Assembly (NCBI GenBank): GCA_965222115.1
Contig: CBDCTJ010000007.1
Coordinates: 2,240,001-2,304,000, forward strand
DNA length: 64,000 bases
Direction: 5' to 3'
Source of the DNA: Planctomycetota bacterium
GTDB taxonomy: Bacteria > Planctomycetota > PLA2 > JAEUHO01
In this document: positions 11,501-19,940 of the stretch, one piece after another
How positions within the stretch are numbered: position 1 is the stretch's first letter
How the letters are laid out: each line of letters opens with the position of its first letter
Translations under genes and position numbers: made by a program
The notes under the pieces: model-generated
The model's input: only the letters and a program-made list of their open reading frames with translations
Told to the model about the DNA's origin: nothing
Database searches by the model: none

Positions 11501-11629
11501 CACCGCGACGACATCTCAACCTTCAAGCGCTCCAATGGATCTGCGGCGTTGTGGATCGGGGGCTTCTCAACGCAAGCCCAAAAATTCGACATCCGCGTGG
11601 GCCAAATCCGCGTGATTCGTCGCCGATAG
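8510..11629 (+). CDS. Large TPR-repeat membrane-anchored protein
   Basis: Two N-terminal TMs, multiple TPRs (EALPYYERAIQLDSRNARAIIGRG; AAYNLGL), C-terminal beta-rich domain. Confidence 0.75.
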   Translation: MVSLHSTLASAFDGVLLTPVFAGAFTTFLLFVALGIGALFFTAALDGSLGKEKALLLYAGLVLLLTMFVIGPAAAKGAKKGRAGAEDKVPASELDQQGNPFHREVLGPDVEFATENDSGDDSRNIFQKYSDTRPLAPIALATPPWLKLDFHLPPTIPGPAPGARHVLRGQRPGPSASEGEEGDDEDGESMPEGDGSLGEVPTASFTTYEPQPADVYDWVLQGSRPQYIYIRAINAGSGWVGEGAPGFRDLLWSLAKPSGSDRDRLNVRFAVIGGESEAAKRLAPEAIVKARGSSVTTARATDKPRWFLRRSVDNLYLAATRSNGITDLSGATDAGALTRAAEEMAKVGATGKEFGEGWRRAAELLEAALTIAEKSGSTAQQTAILTNLLKAYRATNDEQSELRVLAKYARTSPTASEAWSSIGDLFVTALNLPKEALPYYERAIQLDSRNARAIIGRGRALSLAGRYDDGLDVLRNTPGGNPDAEAARAMAQLRVGKLDEAKSTAERVLSSNADHAQAMLVRGAVFYAKGELEAALPVFQQVLVMPSAQAWRAMAAYNLGLTATRMNRFAMASAAFDAADKALLFGSRSALSPEETVAPSLGRAFLALAKGDEADITTQLDSARNEAPRSAYVDLFAAQYFAGQPLSQSAAAFRHLTDAFRKSKGYGEIDGWMGKVCSELGVLEGAEGGGESRAGNFERAVAFMKRIADREDKRDRDAFAMRVREAMVRINRTDLPRRRRYTEALDAVNMVLKKNQRREEPSALAVRAYCNYQLADYDQCIRDFDNILSTVPADATDWRRAFRDYAEEQRAAVNKWRSLEVKTVTFDQDQLPRDLWRPDESGRVKIRSGDGWLHFVGQSSRDGSLEKPVVAVNNPTLFDKNSFVELAVVLKIPKMDRSAAVNNVTFGIEVMRASRRGRSSSSKSMGGIGIFYDKGRVAARSAKGSEDAFKDAVIHRLLDDGAEVDWPDGNDGEVEVRFVREVDEKGTMVVYIDGKEFHRDDISTFKRSNGSAALWIGGFSTQAQKFDIRVGQIRVIRRR

Positions 11630-11646
11630 AAATAGGTAGGTCGGTT

Positions 11647-12342
11647 ATGCAGCAACAAGCAACGAATGAGCAAGGCACGAACGGATGTCGTCCCGCGCGC
11701 GAAGCGGGATTTTCATTCATCGAGATCTTGGTCGTCATGGGCATCATTGCCGTGCTCACCGGCGGCGTGCTGGTGGTGGTCCAGATCATGGGCAAGAAAG
11801 GACCTCAGTTCGATACCCAGACTCGGATGCAGAATCTCGATGCGCTGATTCAGAAATTCAAAATGGACACGGGCACGCATCCGCCCAGCAAAGTCAGCAA
11901 GATTGGCTACATCGTTGGGAGCGAGAAGAAAGCCAAGGGCGAAAACCGCGTCAATGAGGGCATCGAGGCGCTCTACCAAGCACTCACCTGGGAGGGCATC
12001 AAGACAAACTACGACTTCAAGGAAGTTGAACTTGGCAACACCGACGATGACAAGTTGCGTAAAGCGGTGAACAAGCTGAATCAAGCCGAGCTGTATGAGA
12101 TCTTGGATGGCTATGGCAATCCGTTTGTCTACATCCCTAGTGAGGACTACGTGAAGGCCTTTGAAGGGGGCGTGCCCTATATATCGGTCAATGAAGAGGG
12201 TGAAGAAGACGAGCCTCTTGCCAAGCCCCACAAGCGCAGCGACGGCACCGGCTTTGTCAACCCCAGCAGCTATCAGCTCTACAGCATGGGCCCTGACGGC
12301 GAGCCCAATACCGAAGACGACATCGCACCCTGGAAGGAATAA
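11647..12342 (+). CDS. GspG-like major (pseudo)pilin
   Basis: GFSFIEILVVMGII N-methylation motif; DGYGNPFVY..YQLYSMGPDGEPNTEDDI GspG-type C-terminus. Confidence 0.85.
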   Translation: MQQQATNEQGTNGCRPAREAGFSFIEILVVMGIIAVLTGGVLVVVQIMGKKGPQFDTQTRMQNLDALIQKFKMDTGTHPPSKVSKIGYIVGSEKKAKGENRVNEGIEALYQALTWEGIKTNYDFKEVELGNTDDDKLRKAVNKLNQAELYEILDGYGNPFVYIPSEDYVKAFEGGVPYISVNEEGEEDEPLAKPHKRSDGTGFVNPSSYQLYSMGPDGEPNTEDDIAPWKE

Positions 12343-12347
12343 GTTTC

Positions 12348-13553
12348 CTGAAGCGACGCCCCGCCACCTTCCGATTCACTTCACACGCGCCTGCTGCCAG
12401 TCGCGAACGGGGATTTTCGTTTCTTGAGCTGCTGCTCGTCATGGCTGTCATGGCCATGTTGATGGGACTAGCGATTGGGCTCATTTCGCCCGCAGGCGCA
12501 ACGCTCATCAAACAGTCGCAATCCATCCTCGAAGAGACCGCGCGCAAATGTATAGGCGCCAGCGTTGGCAATCGACGCGCCGTATTTCAGCTGCGCCAAC
12601 TGGACGACGAACTCGGGTCCCCCTATCTCCAAGTGTCGGGCACCATTGCACAGACCGTGCTTACCCACAATTTCGAAACGCCCACCGAGGCCAGCTTGGG
12701 CACGATTGCCGAAATGGAAGGCACGGTAAAGAGCATCTCCGACGGCTACGTGGGCAACGCGGCACAGTTCGCGGGCGGGGGCGTGCTGCGATTTTCTGCC
12801 CAACCCAAGTTTGCCATGACCGAGGGCTTTGCACTCGACGTGTGGGTGCGACCCGAAGGCGGCAGCCAGGAGATGGATATTGTTGTGGGCGACTCAAGCT
12901 ATCGCCTCTCCTTGGTTCGCCCAGGCAAAGACGAGCGATACGACGTCAAGCTCTCACTCCTGCTACGGCCCGTGGGTGCCGACCCGCGCGAGACCGCAGC
13001 GCAGGAAGTTTCGTTTGCAACCAAGGACGCGCCGGTTCGCGTAAACGGTCGGTGGTCGCATATTGAAGTGGAATACGACGGTCGTGATGTGTCGCTGCGT
13101 GTCAATGGCATGGAGCGCATCACCACGGGGCGTAAGAAACGCACCGAGGGCAGCGTCCAACTTTCGGAGTTGCGTCGCATTGCCGTGCCCGAACTTGGCG
13201 CCGTGGCGCTTTCCATTTCCTCCACCCGGCGTCCGTTTACCGGCGCCATGGACATGTTGCAGTTGCGTGGCACATTTCGGTCACGTGAGTTGGAACGAAG
13301 GCTTGCACCGGAACTCACCATCATCTCGCCCACGTTGCCCGTGCGCGTTGTCTATGTAAACGGTCAAATGGACCCGACCTTGCACTCGGCGCCGGTTATT
13401 ATGCGTTTTCGCGACGAGAACGAGCCCGACGATCTCCCCTTGCGCCTCATACTTGGACCCTACGGCACGGTAGAGGCCGGCTTAGGCGATGCCGAAACGA
13501 GTTCACGCGCCAAGCCGCGCGTCTCGAGTTCGCGAAAGAAGGAGGGCTCGTAA
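12348..13553 (+). CDS. Minor (pseudo)pilin with LamG/ConA-like domain; probable non-canonical CTG start
   Basis: GFSFLELLLVMAVM at 12411 lies upstream of the first ATG (12441). LamG-like FALDVWVRP..WSHIEVEYDG..LRVNG. Confidence 0.75.
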   Translation: MKRRPATFRFTSHAPAASRERGFSFLELLLVMAVMAMLMGLAIGLISPAGATLIKQSQSILEETARKCIGASVGNRRAVFQLRQLDDELGSPYLQVSGTIAQTVLTHNFETPTEASLGTIAEMEGTVKSISDGYVGNAAQFAGGGVLRFSAQPKFAMTEGFALDVWVRPEGGSQEMDIVVGDSSYRLSLVRPGKDERYDVKLSLLLRPVGADPRETAAQEVSFATKDAPVRVNGRWSHIEVEYDGRDVSLRVNGMERITTGRKKRTEGSVQLSELRRIAVPELGAVALSISSTRRPFTGAMDMLQLRGTFRSRELERRLAPELTIISPTLPVRVVYVNGQMDPTLHSAPVIMRFRDENEPDDLPLRLILGPYGTVEAGLGDAETSSRAKPRVSSSRKKEGS

Positions 13554-14818
13554 TGGCGCTCCGACCGACCGCAATCAAGTCGTTTCGCGGTGATCGAACA
13601 CCTCACGGCTTCACCATGTTGGAGCTGTTGATCGCCATGTCGATCTTCACGGTGCTAGGCACCATGGCGATCTACTTCATGCGTAACAGCCTCGACATTT
13701 TCAATCAGGGCACGTCAGAGTTGGCCAAACTCGATCGCGCCGACATTGTCCTGCCCAAGATCGTGGACGACCTAGCGGGTCTCTATATCGGTGACGATTG
13801 GGATCCGCCCACGCCACCACCCGAAGAAGATGCGTTGCTGAATGCGGGCATGTCCAAACCGCCGCCACCACCCCCCAATGCGATTCGCTTCCGCTCTGGC
13901 TTTGTGAAGCTCACGGACGGCGTATTCAAGGACTATCCCTGCCCCTACTTCGCATTCATTCAGGCCACAGGTAGTGAGTGGCGCGACGCATCGCTGCGAC
14001 GTTCGGGTGAGACGATCGACGAAAAGGCACTCGACTACACGCCCACCACGCGCGAGAAATCCGATGGGTCTACCCAGTTCAAACCCATGGGCGGACTCAT
14101 GGAAGTTTGTTACATCGCGATTCCTCAGAGCGAATCGCAGTCGTCGTTGCTAACGCTCTATCGCGGCTTCCGTGCGCCCATTGGTAGTCCCAGCGGCTCG
14201 CTCCTCGATCCCGCCAACCTCGATACCACCGACAAGGTCAAAGCCGCATGCCGACCCATTGCCCGCGACCTTGTTCACTTTGGCGCGCTTTGGCGGCGCA
14301 GCTTTTCGACGTCGTGGGATCGTTTCCAGGGTGGAACCGGCAGCGAAACCGATCCCTATGTGGGCGAAGTGTGGGACTCCACGCGCGGGCTCGACCCCAA
14401 GTGGCAGTTCTTCCGTGGCAAGGACAGTGCGTCCGACAATAGCGACGACATTTTCCCGGCCTTTGTGCGCTTGGAGGTCACGCTTCAAGGTACGGGTCTC
14501 TTTGGGCAGGGCCGGGGCGAAACGCGAACCCTCGACGTCCTTAACACCGAGGATCGTGAACTTCGCGTGCATGATGTTGATTTTCTGATTCGTCCAGGCC
14601 CCGACAAGATTCGATACCTCAAGATCGGGTCCGAGTGGATGCGCTATCACGTGGACGACGTCGAGTACCAGGCGAAGAAAGTACGCGTTCACCGCGCCCA
14701 GCGCGGGACGTCGAAGTTTCTGCATAAGGAAGGTTCGTGGATTTACATCGGTAACCCGTTTACACGTGATATGCGGCTACCCGTTACGCGGGACCGATTT
14801 GTGGTGAAGAAACAATGA
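13553..14818 (+). CDS. Minor (pseudo)pilin, GspJ/PilW-like
   Basis: GFTMLELLIAMSIF motif; start overlaps the previous stop. Confidence 0.8.
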   Translation: MALRPTAIKSFRGDRTPHGFTMLELLIAMSIFTVLGTMAIYFMRNSLDIFNQGTSELAKLDRADIVLPKIVDDLAGLYIGDDWDPPTPPPEEDALLNAGMSKPPPPPPNAIRFRSGFVKLTDGVFKDYPCPYFAFIQATGSEWRDASLRRSGETIDEKALDYTPTTREKSDGSTQFKPMGGLMEVCYIAIPQSESQSSLLTLYRGFRAPIGSPSGSLLDPANLDTTDKVKAACRPIARDLVHFGALWRRSFSTSWDRFQGGTGSETDPYVGEVWDSTRGLDPKWQFFRGKDSASDNSDDIFPAFVRLEVTLQGTGLFGQGRGETRTLDVLNTEDRELRVHDVDFLIRPGPDKIRYLKIGSEWMRYHVDDVEYQAKKVRVHRAQRGTSKFLHKEGSWIYIGNPFTRDMRLPVTRDRFVVKKQ

Positions 14819-15279
14819 GCACGATGAGCGACACCACATTCCGCACGCCCACGCGCGCCGCGAGCGCCGACGGCTTCACGTTTATCGAAGTGTTGATGGC
14901 ACTGGGCATATTCATTGTGGGCAGCGTGGGCATTGTCGCGCTGTTCGCGCAGGGCGTAGACAGTCAGGTACGGCGACGCTTGAGTTCTAAGGCCGTACAG
15001 GTTCGCCCCGAAGTAGACACCATTGTGCAGGATGCAATTGACAAGTCGCGCCCTGGGGTTTCTCCGCCGCTCATCAAAGACAAACCACTCTCGGTACGGG
15101 GCTTTTCGCTCGACGTGCGGTGGCGACCCAATCCTTGGAACGAGTCGACGATGATCGCGTTTCCCACGCTGCTCTTCGAAGGCCGTCGTTTCGAAGCGCT
15201 ACCACCCATTATGGTGACCCGCTCCACACTGGATCCTTCGCTACTTACGCAACCGCCAGGCGGGGGAGGTGGCAACTGA
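14815..15279 (+). CDS. Minor (pseudo)pilin, GspI/PilV-like
   Basis: GFTFIEVLMALGIF motif; ATGA overlap. Confidence 0.8.
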   Translation: MSTMSDTTFRTPTRAASADGFTFIEVLMALGIFIVGSVGIVALFAQGVDSQVRRRLSSKAVQVRPEVDTIVQDAIDKSRPGVSPPLIKDKPLSVRGFSLDVRWRPNPWNESTMIAFPTLLFEGRRFEALPPIMVTRSTLDPSLLTQPPGGGGGN

Positions 15280-15496
15280 GTTACCCAGCCCACCATCTTA
15301 TTCGGTTGTTTGTAGCCGGTTCGCGGATCGAGACACGTTCTGTTGAAAAGCGGTGTGTCCCAGATCTGTTTTCTTCGGATACACCTAATAAGGATCGAGC
15401 CGGAGCTGTTCCGCTTGCGAACGTTCCTCAGTTTGTGAGCGCGAGTCAAGTTTGTGCTGTGATCGTTTCGATCGCTCCCGAAAGAAAGGTGATGTC

Positions 15497-17047
15497 ATGA
15501 CACCTGAAATGAACAACAAGCGCGCCCGAACGGTTGTGCCCGGTGATGGCTATGTTCTTGGAGATGGCTACGAGCCCGGCAACCGCCGAGTTCGTAGCGT
15601 GATGGTTGCCATCGCGACGCTCATGCTCCTGGGCACGATGTTTCTTCATACGGGCGATGCCTATTCGGACGTCGTGAGACTTCGCACCGGGGAGTCCATC
15701 AAGGGTCGTCTCCTGCAGTCGTCCAGCAATCCCGATGTGTTGGTCGTCGAGGACTTCCTCAGCGGCGCCATGCGTAAGCTCTCGTGGAGCGTCGTCTCGC
15801 CTGCCGACCGCGATCGTATCCAAGAAGACTGGGGCTGGAAAAACAAGAACAAGCGTGTGGTCAAGGCCCACATTGTTCGCCACCGCCTGAGCAATGGCGA
15901 CGTCGTGGAAGTCGAGGGACTCGTTGAGCAGGACGACGCGGCGGGCATCAAGATTCGATTTGATGGCCGCGTCGAGTTTATTCCCCGCGATCGCGTGGTG
16001 GGCGAAGTGATCGAAACCGAACTCGACCCGCGCGACATCTGGAGCCCTGATCAGCTCTACCAACGCTTCATGGATGAGTTGGCCAAGGAAGATGGCGTAG
16101 ATATCAACAACCTCAATTCGATTCAGCGATGGCGTTGCGCGGAAATGGCTGTTTGGATTGGCAAATTGAAAGAAGCGCTTGAACACTATGAAGCGTGCGC
16201 GGCCGACGAGGAATTCACACGGGCTGGCGTGGCCGCGGCGCGGGCCATCAATGTCAAAGCGTTGTTGGCCGATGCCGCAGCACTCTCGAAGCTGCGTCAA
16301 ATTGCGCGCACCATAAGCATCGACAAATTCGGTCGCGCAAAGACGATGATCGAAGCGTTCGCGGAAGAGCATCCCGAGTCGCGTAAGCCCGTTCTCGAGA
16401 AGCTTGAGAAGACCAAACAACGGCTTGAGACCGAGCGCCTGGAGTTCTTCCAGCGCATGGCCGCCAATCGTTTCGTCAAGATCGTCGAGAAGATGATCTC
16501 CGTGAAGACCCGAGATCGAGATTTGACGTTGAGCGATGCGACCAACTGGGCGCGCAAAGAGCTGGTTGATGAAGCATTCAAGGTTCTCGCGGCCAACATG
16601 TCAAAACATGACGAGGTAACGCCGGAACAGGCTCGCACGTTCTGGGACGGTCGTAAGAAACGTAGGAATTGGCACTCGGCAACCTATGGCGCCGGCACCT
16701 TTGTTGTGCGCCCCCCCAAGGTGAAGCAGCCCAAGCGACGGAGAAGTTCATCTCGTAAGCGCAAGAAGTCCAGCGGCCCGCGCGTGAAGATCGATATTCC
16801 CAAGCCACCTACCAAGGAACAGTTTTGGGAACGCGCCAAGGGCGCCGCGCGCTCGTCTTGGTTGATGGCATTTTTCGTTGAGAACTCCGATCTCTTTGAG
16901 ATTCATCCCAAGGAGCGATTGTCCAAGTGCCCGCTTTGTAACGGCGTAGGTCTACGGACAAAGTCCATGAGCAATGGCACCCAGATCCAACACCTGTGTG
17001 AGCGTTGTGCCGGCGCCCAAATGGATGTGCGCATTCGATTCCGCTAG
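15497..17047 (+). CDS. Hypothetical secreted protein with C-terminal CxxC...CxxC zinc finger
   Basis: Signal-like segment, DVVRLRTGESIKGRL, C-terminal CPLCNGVG..CERCAG (DnaJ-like Zn motif). Confidence 0.7.
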   Translation: MTPEMNNKRARTVVPGDGYVLGDGYEPGNRRVRSVMVAIATLMLLGTMFLHTGDAYSDVVRLRTGESIKGRLLQSSSNPDVLVVEDFLSGAMRKLSWSVVSPADRDRIQEDWGWKNKNKRVVKAHIVRHRLSNGDVVEVEGLVEQDDAAGIKIRFDGRVEFIPRDRVVGEVIETELDPRDIWSPDQLYQRFMDELAKEDGVDINNLNSIQRWRCAEMAVWIGKLKEALEHYEACAADEEFTRAGVAAARAINVKALLADAAALSKLRQIARTISIDKFGRAKTMIEAFAEEHPESRKPVLEKLEKTKQRLETERLEFFQRMAANRFVKIVEKMISVKTRDRDLTLSDATNWARKELVDEAFKVLAANMSKHDEVTPEQARTFWDGRKKRRNWHSATYGAGTFVVRPPKVKQPKRRRSSSRKRKKSSGPRVKIDIPKPPTKEQFWERAKGAARSSWLMAFFVENSDLFEIHPKERLSKCPLCNGVGLRTKSMSNGTQIQHLCERCAGAQMDVRIRFR

Positions 17048-17107
17048 CAGGAGCCTCCTCGACGCGCACTTCATGAATCGTCCTGGATAGCGTGGTACGC
17101 TGTATCG

Positions 17108-17749
17108 ATGCGTACGCCCATTCAATTGTTCGTGACGAGACTTCTGCTCGTGGGATTCCTCGCGGCGAGTTTGGTTGCGGGAAGTCCCGTTCATGCCGAA
17201 GACGCCGTTCGAATCCGCCCGCCATCGGTGGCCGATCTTGGGGACCTGGCCGAGCAAGTCATTAAGGTCACCAAGGACCTCGACGATCTCGTCAATCTGG
17301 CGGCCAAAGATCCTCGGGCCGTGCGCGTGGATATGTATATGGCCTACACGCCGAGCGTGATGAAGTCGCGAAAGGCAAAGGACGGGGCGGTATTCGCTGA
17401 AGAACTCGTCGAGATCATGGAAGACAAGGACGCCGAGTTTACCCTCCGTCGAAGTGCACGCGACGCGCTCTATCACGGCACGATGATTTCCCAAGACCCC
17501 GAACTCAGCGGTGACATCAAGAAGCGCAGTGGGACCAATCGTGGCTACTTCTATCGCACAAAGGTGGTTCCATTTCTCACGGATAAGCGTGATGCCCGGC
17601 TTCGTAAGCTCACTCAAGAACTACTGACCCGGGTGTTTGGCTCGATGCAACATGAACGTGCCATCGCCAAGTATGATCCGATCAAGGCCGGATCCAAGAC
17701 GTGGTCGCCCGCTCGCAAGGCGTGGGCGAAGCACTTGCTCAAGCGCTAA
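17108..17749 (+). CDS. Hypothetical secreted protein
   Basis: Signal peptide ending VHA-ED; co-oriented in the cluster. Confidence 0.65.
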   Translation: MRTPIQLFVTRLLLVGFLAASLVAGSPVHAEDAVRIRPPSVADLGDLAEQVIKVTKDLDDLVNLAAKDPRAVRVDMYMAYTPSVMKSRKAKDGAVFAEELVEIMEDKDAEFTLRRSARDALYHGTMISQDPELSGDIKKRSGTNRGYFYRTKVVPFLTDKRDARLRKLTQELLTRVFGSMQHERAIAKYDPIKAGSKTWSPARKAWAKHLLKR

Positions 17750-17761
17750 CGCGGACGTTAC

Positions 17762-18772
17762 ATGAAGGAAATCGGTACGAAACGCGCGTCGTGGCGTCTC
17801 AAAGTCGATCTCCGGGTACGCATCATTGCCCTCGTCGTTGCGTCGTTGACAGTTACGCCGCTCACAATGGGGGGGTGCGGCCGCGCCGATACGACACCTC
17901 CATCGCGTGAAGCCCAAGTCAGCCCCGTGTACGGCAGTGAGAGCGGCGAAGATGCGTTTGCACCGGTGGCAACACTGGATGGCAGGCCAATAAGCAAGGG
18001 GCAGTTGGCCGACTTCTGGTTTGAGCGTTATCCCGAAGAGTACGCCCGAACCGTACAGAGTTTTGTCGATCGCAAACTCATCTACCGAGAAGCCACGCGG
18101 CATGGGATGAAGGTGCCGCGTAGCGTGTTGGAACGCGCGGTTGCGAACGAGGTTGCGGCGCGGCGAAAGCAAATCGCTGCGCGCTACGGTCCACGGGCGC
18201 GCCTGGAAGACGAGGTGCGTCGCGCCTATGGCGTGGAACTCGCGGTGTGGACAAACAACATTTTGCGACGACGCATCTACGAACGGCTGCTACTGGAACG
18301 CGTCGTGCGTTTACAGACACGCAGCGCGCTTCGCGTTCATGCGCGTGTCATCGTGCTCCTGACCGAGGCGGATGCCCGGCGCGTGGCAGCCAAAATCCGG
18401 CGTGGCGCCGACTTTTCGTTGGTTGCTCTGCGCGAATCCAAAGATCCCACGGGAAAAGCGGGCGGGGACCTTCCGCCGATTGCCCGCGGAGATCTTGCCC
18501 ACCCTCAAGTTGAGTCGCGCCTGTTTGCGGCATCCCCCGGCGATCTCGTTGGGCCGCTTCGCGTTCTGGTCGAAGGTCGCCCTCAATTTCACCTCTACAA
18601 AGTGATTGCCCGGCACCCGCCGTGGTCGGGCGACTTGGCCGCGCTTGAAAGGGACCTAAGCGAGCAGCCCGTCCGGCCGGCCGAAGTGGATCGTTGGCGC
18701 GCGCGCCTGCATCGGGAGACGGGGCTCACACTGTTTCGCCCCGATGGAACGCGGTGGGTGCGCCCAAAGTAG
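17762..18772 (+). CDS. Parvulin/PpiC-type peptidylprolyl isomerase (PrsA/SurA-like lipoprotein)
   Basis: Lipobox MGGC; VHARVI..GADFSLVALRESKDPTGKAGGDL..FHLYKV rotamase motif. Confidence 0.8.
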   Translation: MKEIGTKRASWRLKVDLRVRIIALVVASLTVTPLTMGGCGRADTTPPSREAQVSPVYGSESGEDAFAPVATLDGRPISKGQLADFWFERYPEEYARTVQSFVDRKLIYREATRHGMKVPRSVLERAVANEVAARRKQIAARYGPRARLEDEVRRAYGVELAVWTNNILRRRIYERLLLERVVRLQTRSALRVHARVIVLLTEADARRVAAKIRRGADFSLVALRESKDPTGKAGGDLPPIARGDLAHPQVESRLFAASPGDLVGPLRVLVEGRPQFHLYKVIARHPPWSGDLAALERDLSEQPVRPAEVDRWRARLHRETGLTLFRPDGTRWVRPK

Positions 18773-19052
18773 GCGTGTTTATCTAGATGCGTCCATTGCG
18801 AGCCAATGCGTCCGATGATTCTAGGCGCTGTCTGAAAACTCCTCTACTACGCAATCCGATCCTCTCGCTGCGAGTCGCGTCCCTTCGAAATTGCCGTCCT
18901 CGACGTGAACAGACCACGCCTGCGGGCCAATTTCTTGGTCCATCGACTCTCGCATCGGTCTCGAATCGCTCGTCACGAGGCTTTTCAGACAGAGCCTAAG
19001 CTGGCGAACTTCTAGGTTCGTAACATTGAGTGGCACGGGTAGGCTACGTCGC

Positions 19053-19760
19053 ATGATTCAAGAGACGCCGGCGGCCGAGGAAGCTACGCAGACGATGAGT
19101 GACGCCCCTCCTGAGATTGAAGCAGGCAGCGAGTCGGGCAAGAAGCCCGTCGAGGCGTCATCGAAAGAGCCATCGAATAGAGCGAGCAAGGGGTCGAAGC
19201 GCAAGGCTGCCAAGGAAAAGCCGCCCAAGCCGCCAGCCCCGGAGTTGCTTGAAGGTGCCGTGGAGTCGCTCTTGCTTGCCACCGGCGATGTGATTCGGCT
19301 CTCCCGACTACGTGATGTCCTGGGGCTTCCGTCCGTGGCACCGGTCAAAGAAGCGCTTGAGGCCATTGAATCGCGTTGGCAGAAGGCCAACGTGGCCGTG
19401 CAATTGGAGTTTGTCGGCGGTGGTGTCCGCGCCGTTACGCGGCCCGAATTTGCCGAGTTCGTGGCGCGGCTCAGCAAGCGTCCGGCGCGGTCCGATTCGC
19501 TTACAAAGACCCAGCTTGAGACGCTCTCCATCGTTGCCTACAAGCAGCCGGTGCCTCGGGCTGAGGTGGAGCGCATTCGAGGCGTCCAGTGCGGCGAATC
19601 GTTGCGGGCTCTACTGGAGCGGCAGCTCATCAAGGTGGTAGGGCGAAGCGACCAGCCCGGACGTCCCATGCTCTACGGAACGACCCGGCGCTTTCTTACG
19701 AGCTTTGGCCTGTTTGACCTCAAGGACCTCCCGTCCGCCGCGGACCTCAAACGCTTGTAA
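19053..19760 (+). CDS. scpB: SMC segregation/condensation protein B
   Basis: LETLSIVAYKQPVPRAEVERIRGV..GRPMLYGTT..FL..FGL..LKDLP. Confidence 0.93.
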   Translation: MIQETPAAEEATQTMSDAPPEIEAGSESGKKPVEASSKEPSNRASKGSKRKAAKEKPPKPPAPELLEGAVESLLLATGDVIRLSRLRDVLGLPSVAPVKEALEAIESRWQKANVAVQLEFVGGGVRAVTRPEFAEFVARLSKRPARSDSLTKTQLETLSIVAYKQPVPRAEVERIRGVQCGESLRALLERQLIKVVGRSDQPGRPMLYGTTRRFLTSFGLFDLKDLPSAADLKRL

Positions 19761-19940
19761 TCTTCTGTCGGATTCGCATCCAGCGTCTGTCTCGGTGGAA
19801 TCGACCGGCGCGGGCGCCGTTTCTACGGGTGGAGACGCCGATTGGATGCTGGGATGGGGCCCGCTATCCTCTCGGGCTTGCCCCATGCCGGGGGCACGCG
19901 TCTCCCACGATGAGGGCAGGCGGCTGCTGGCGGAGATTCC

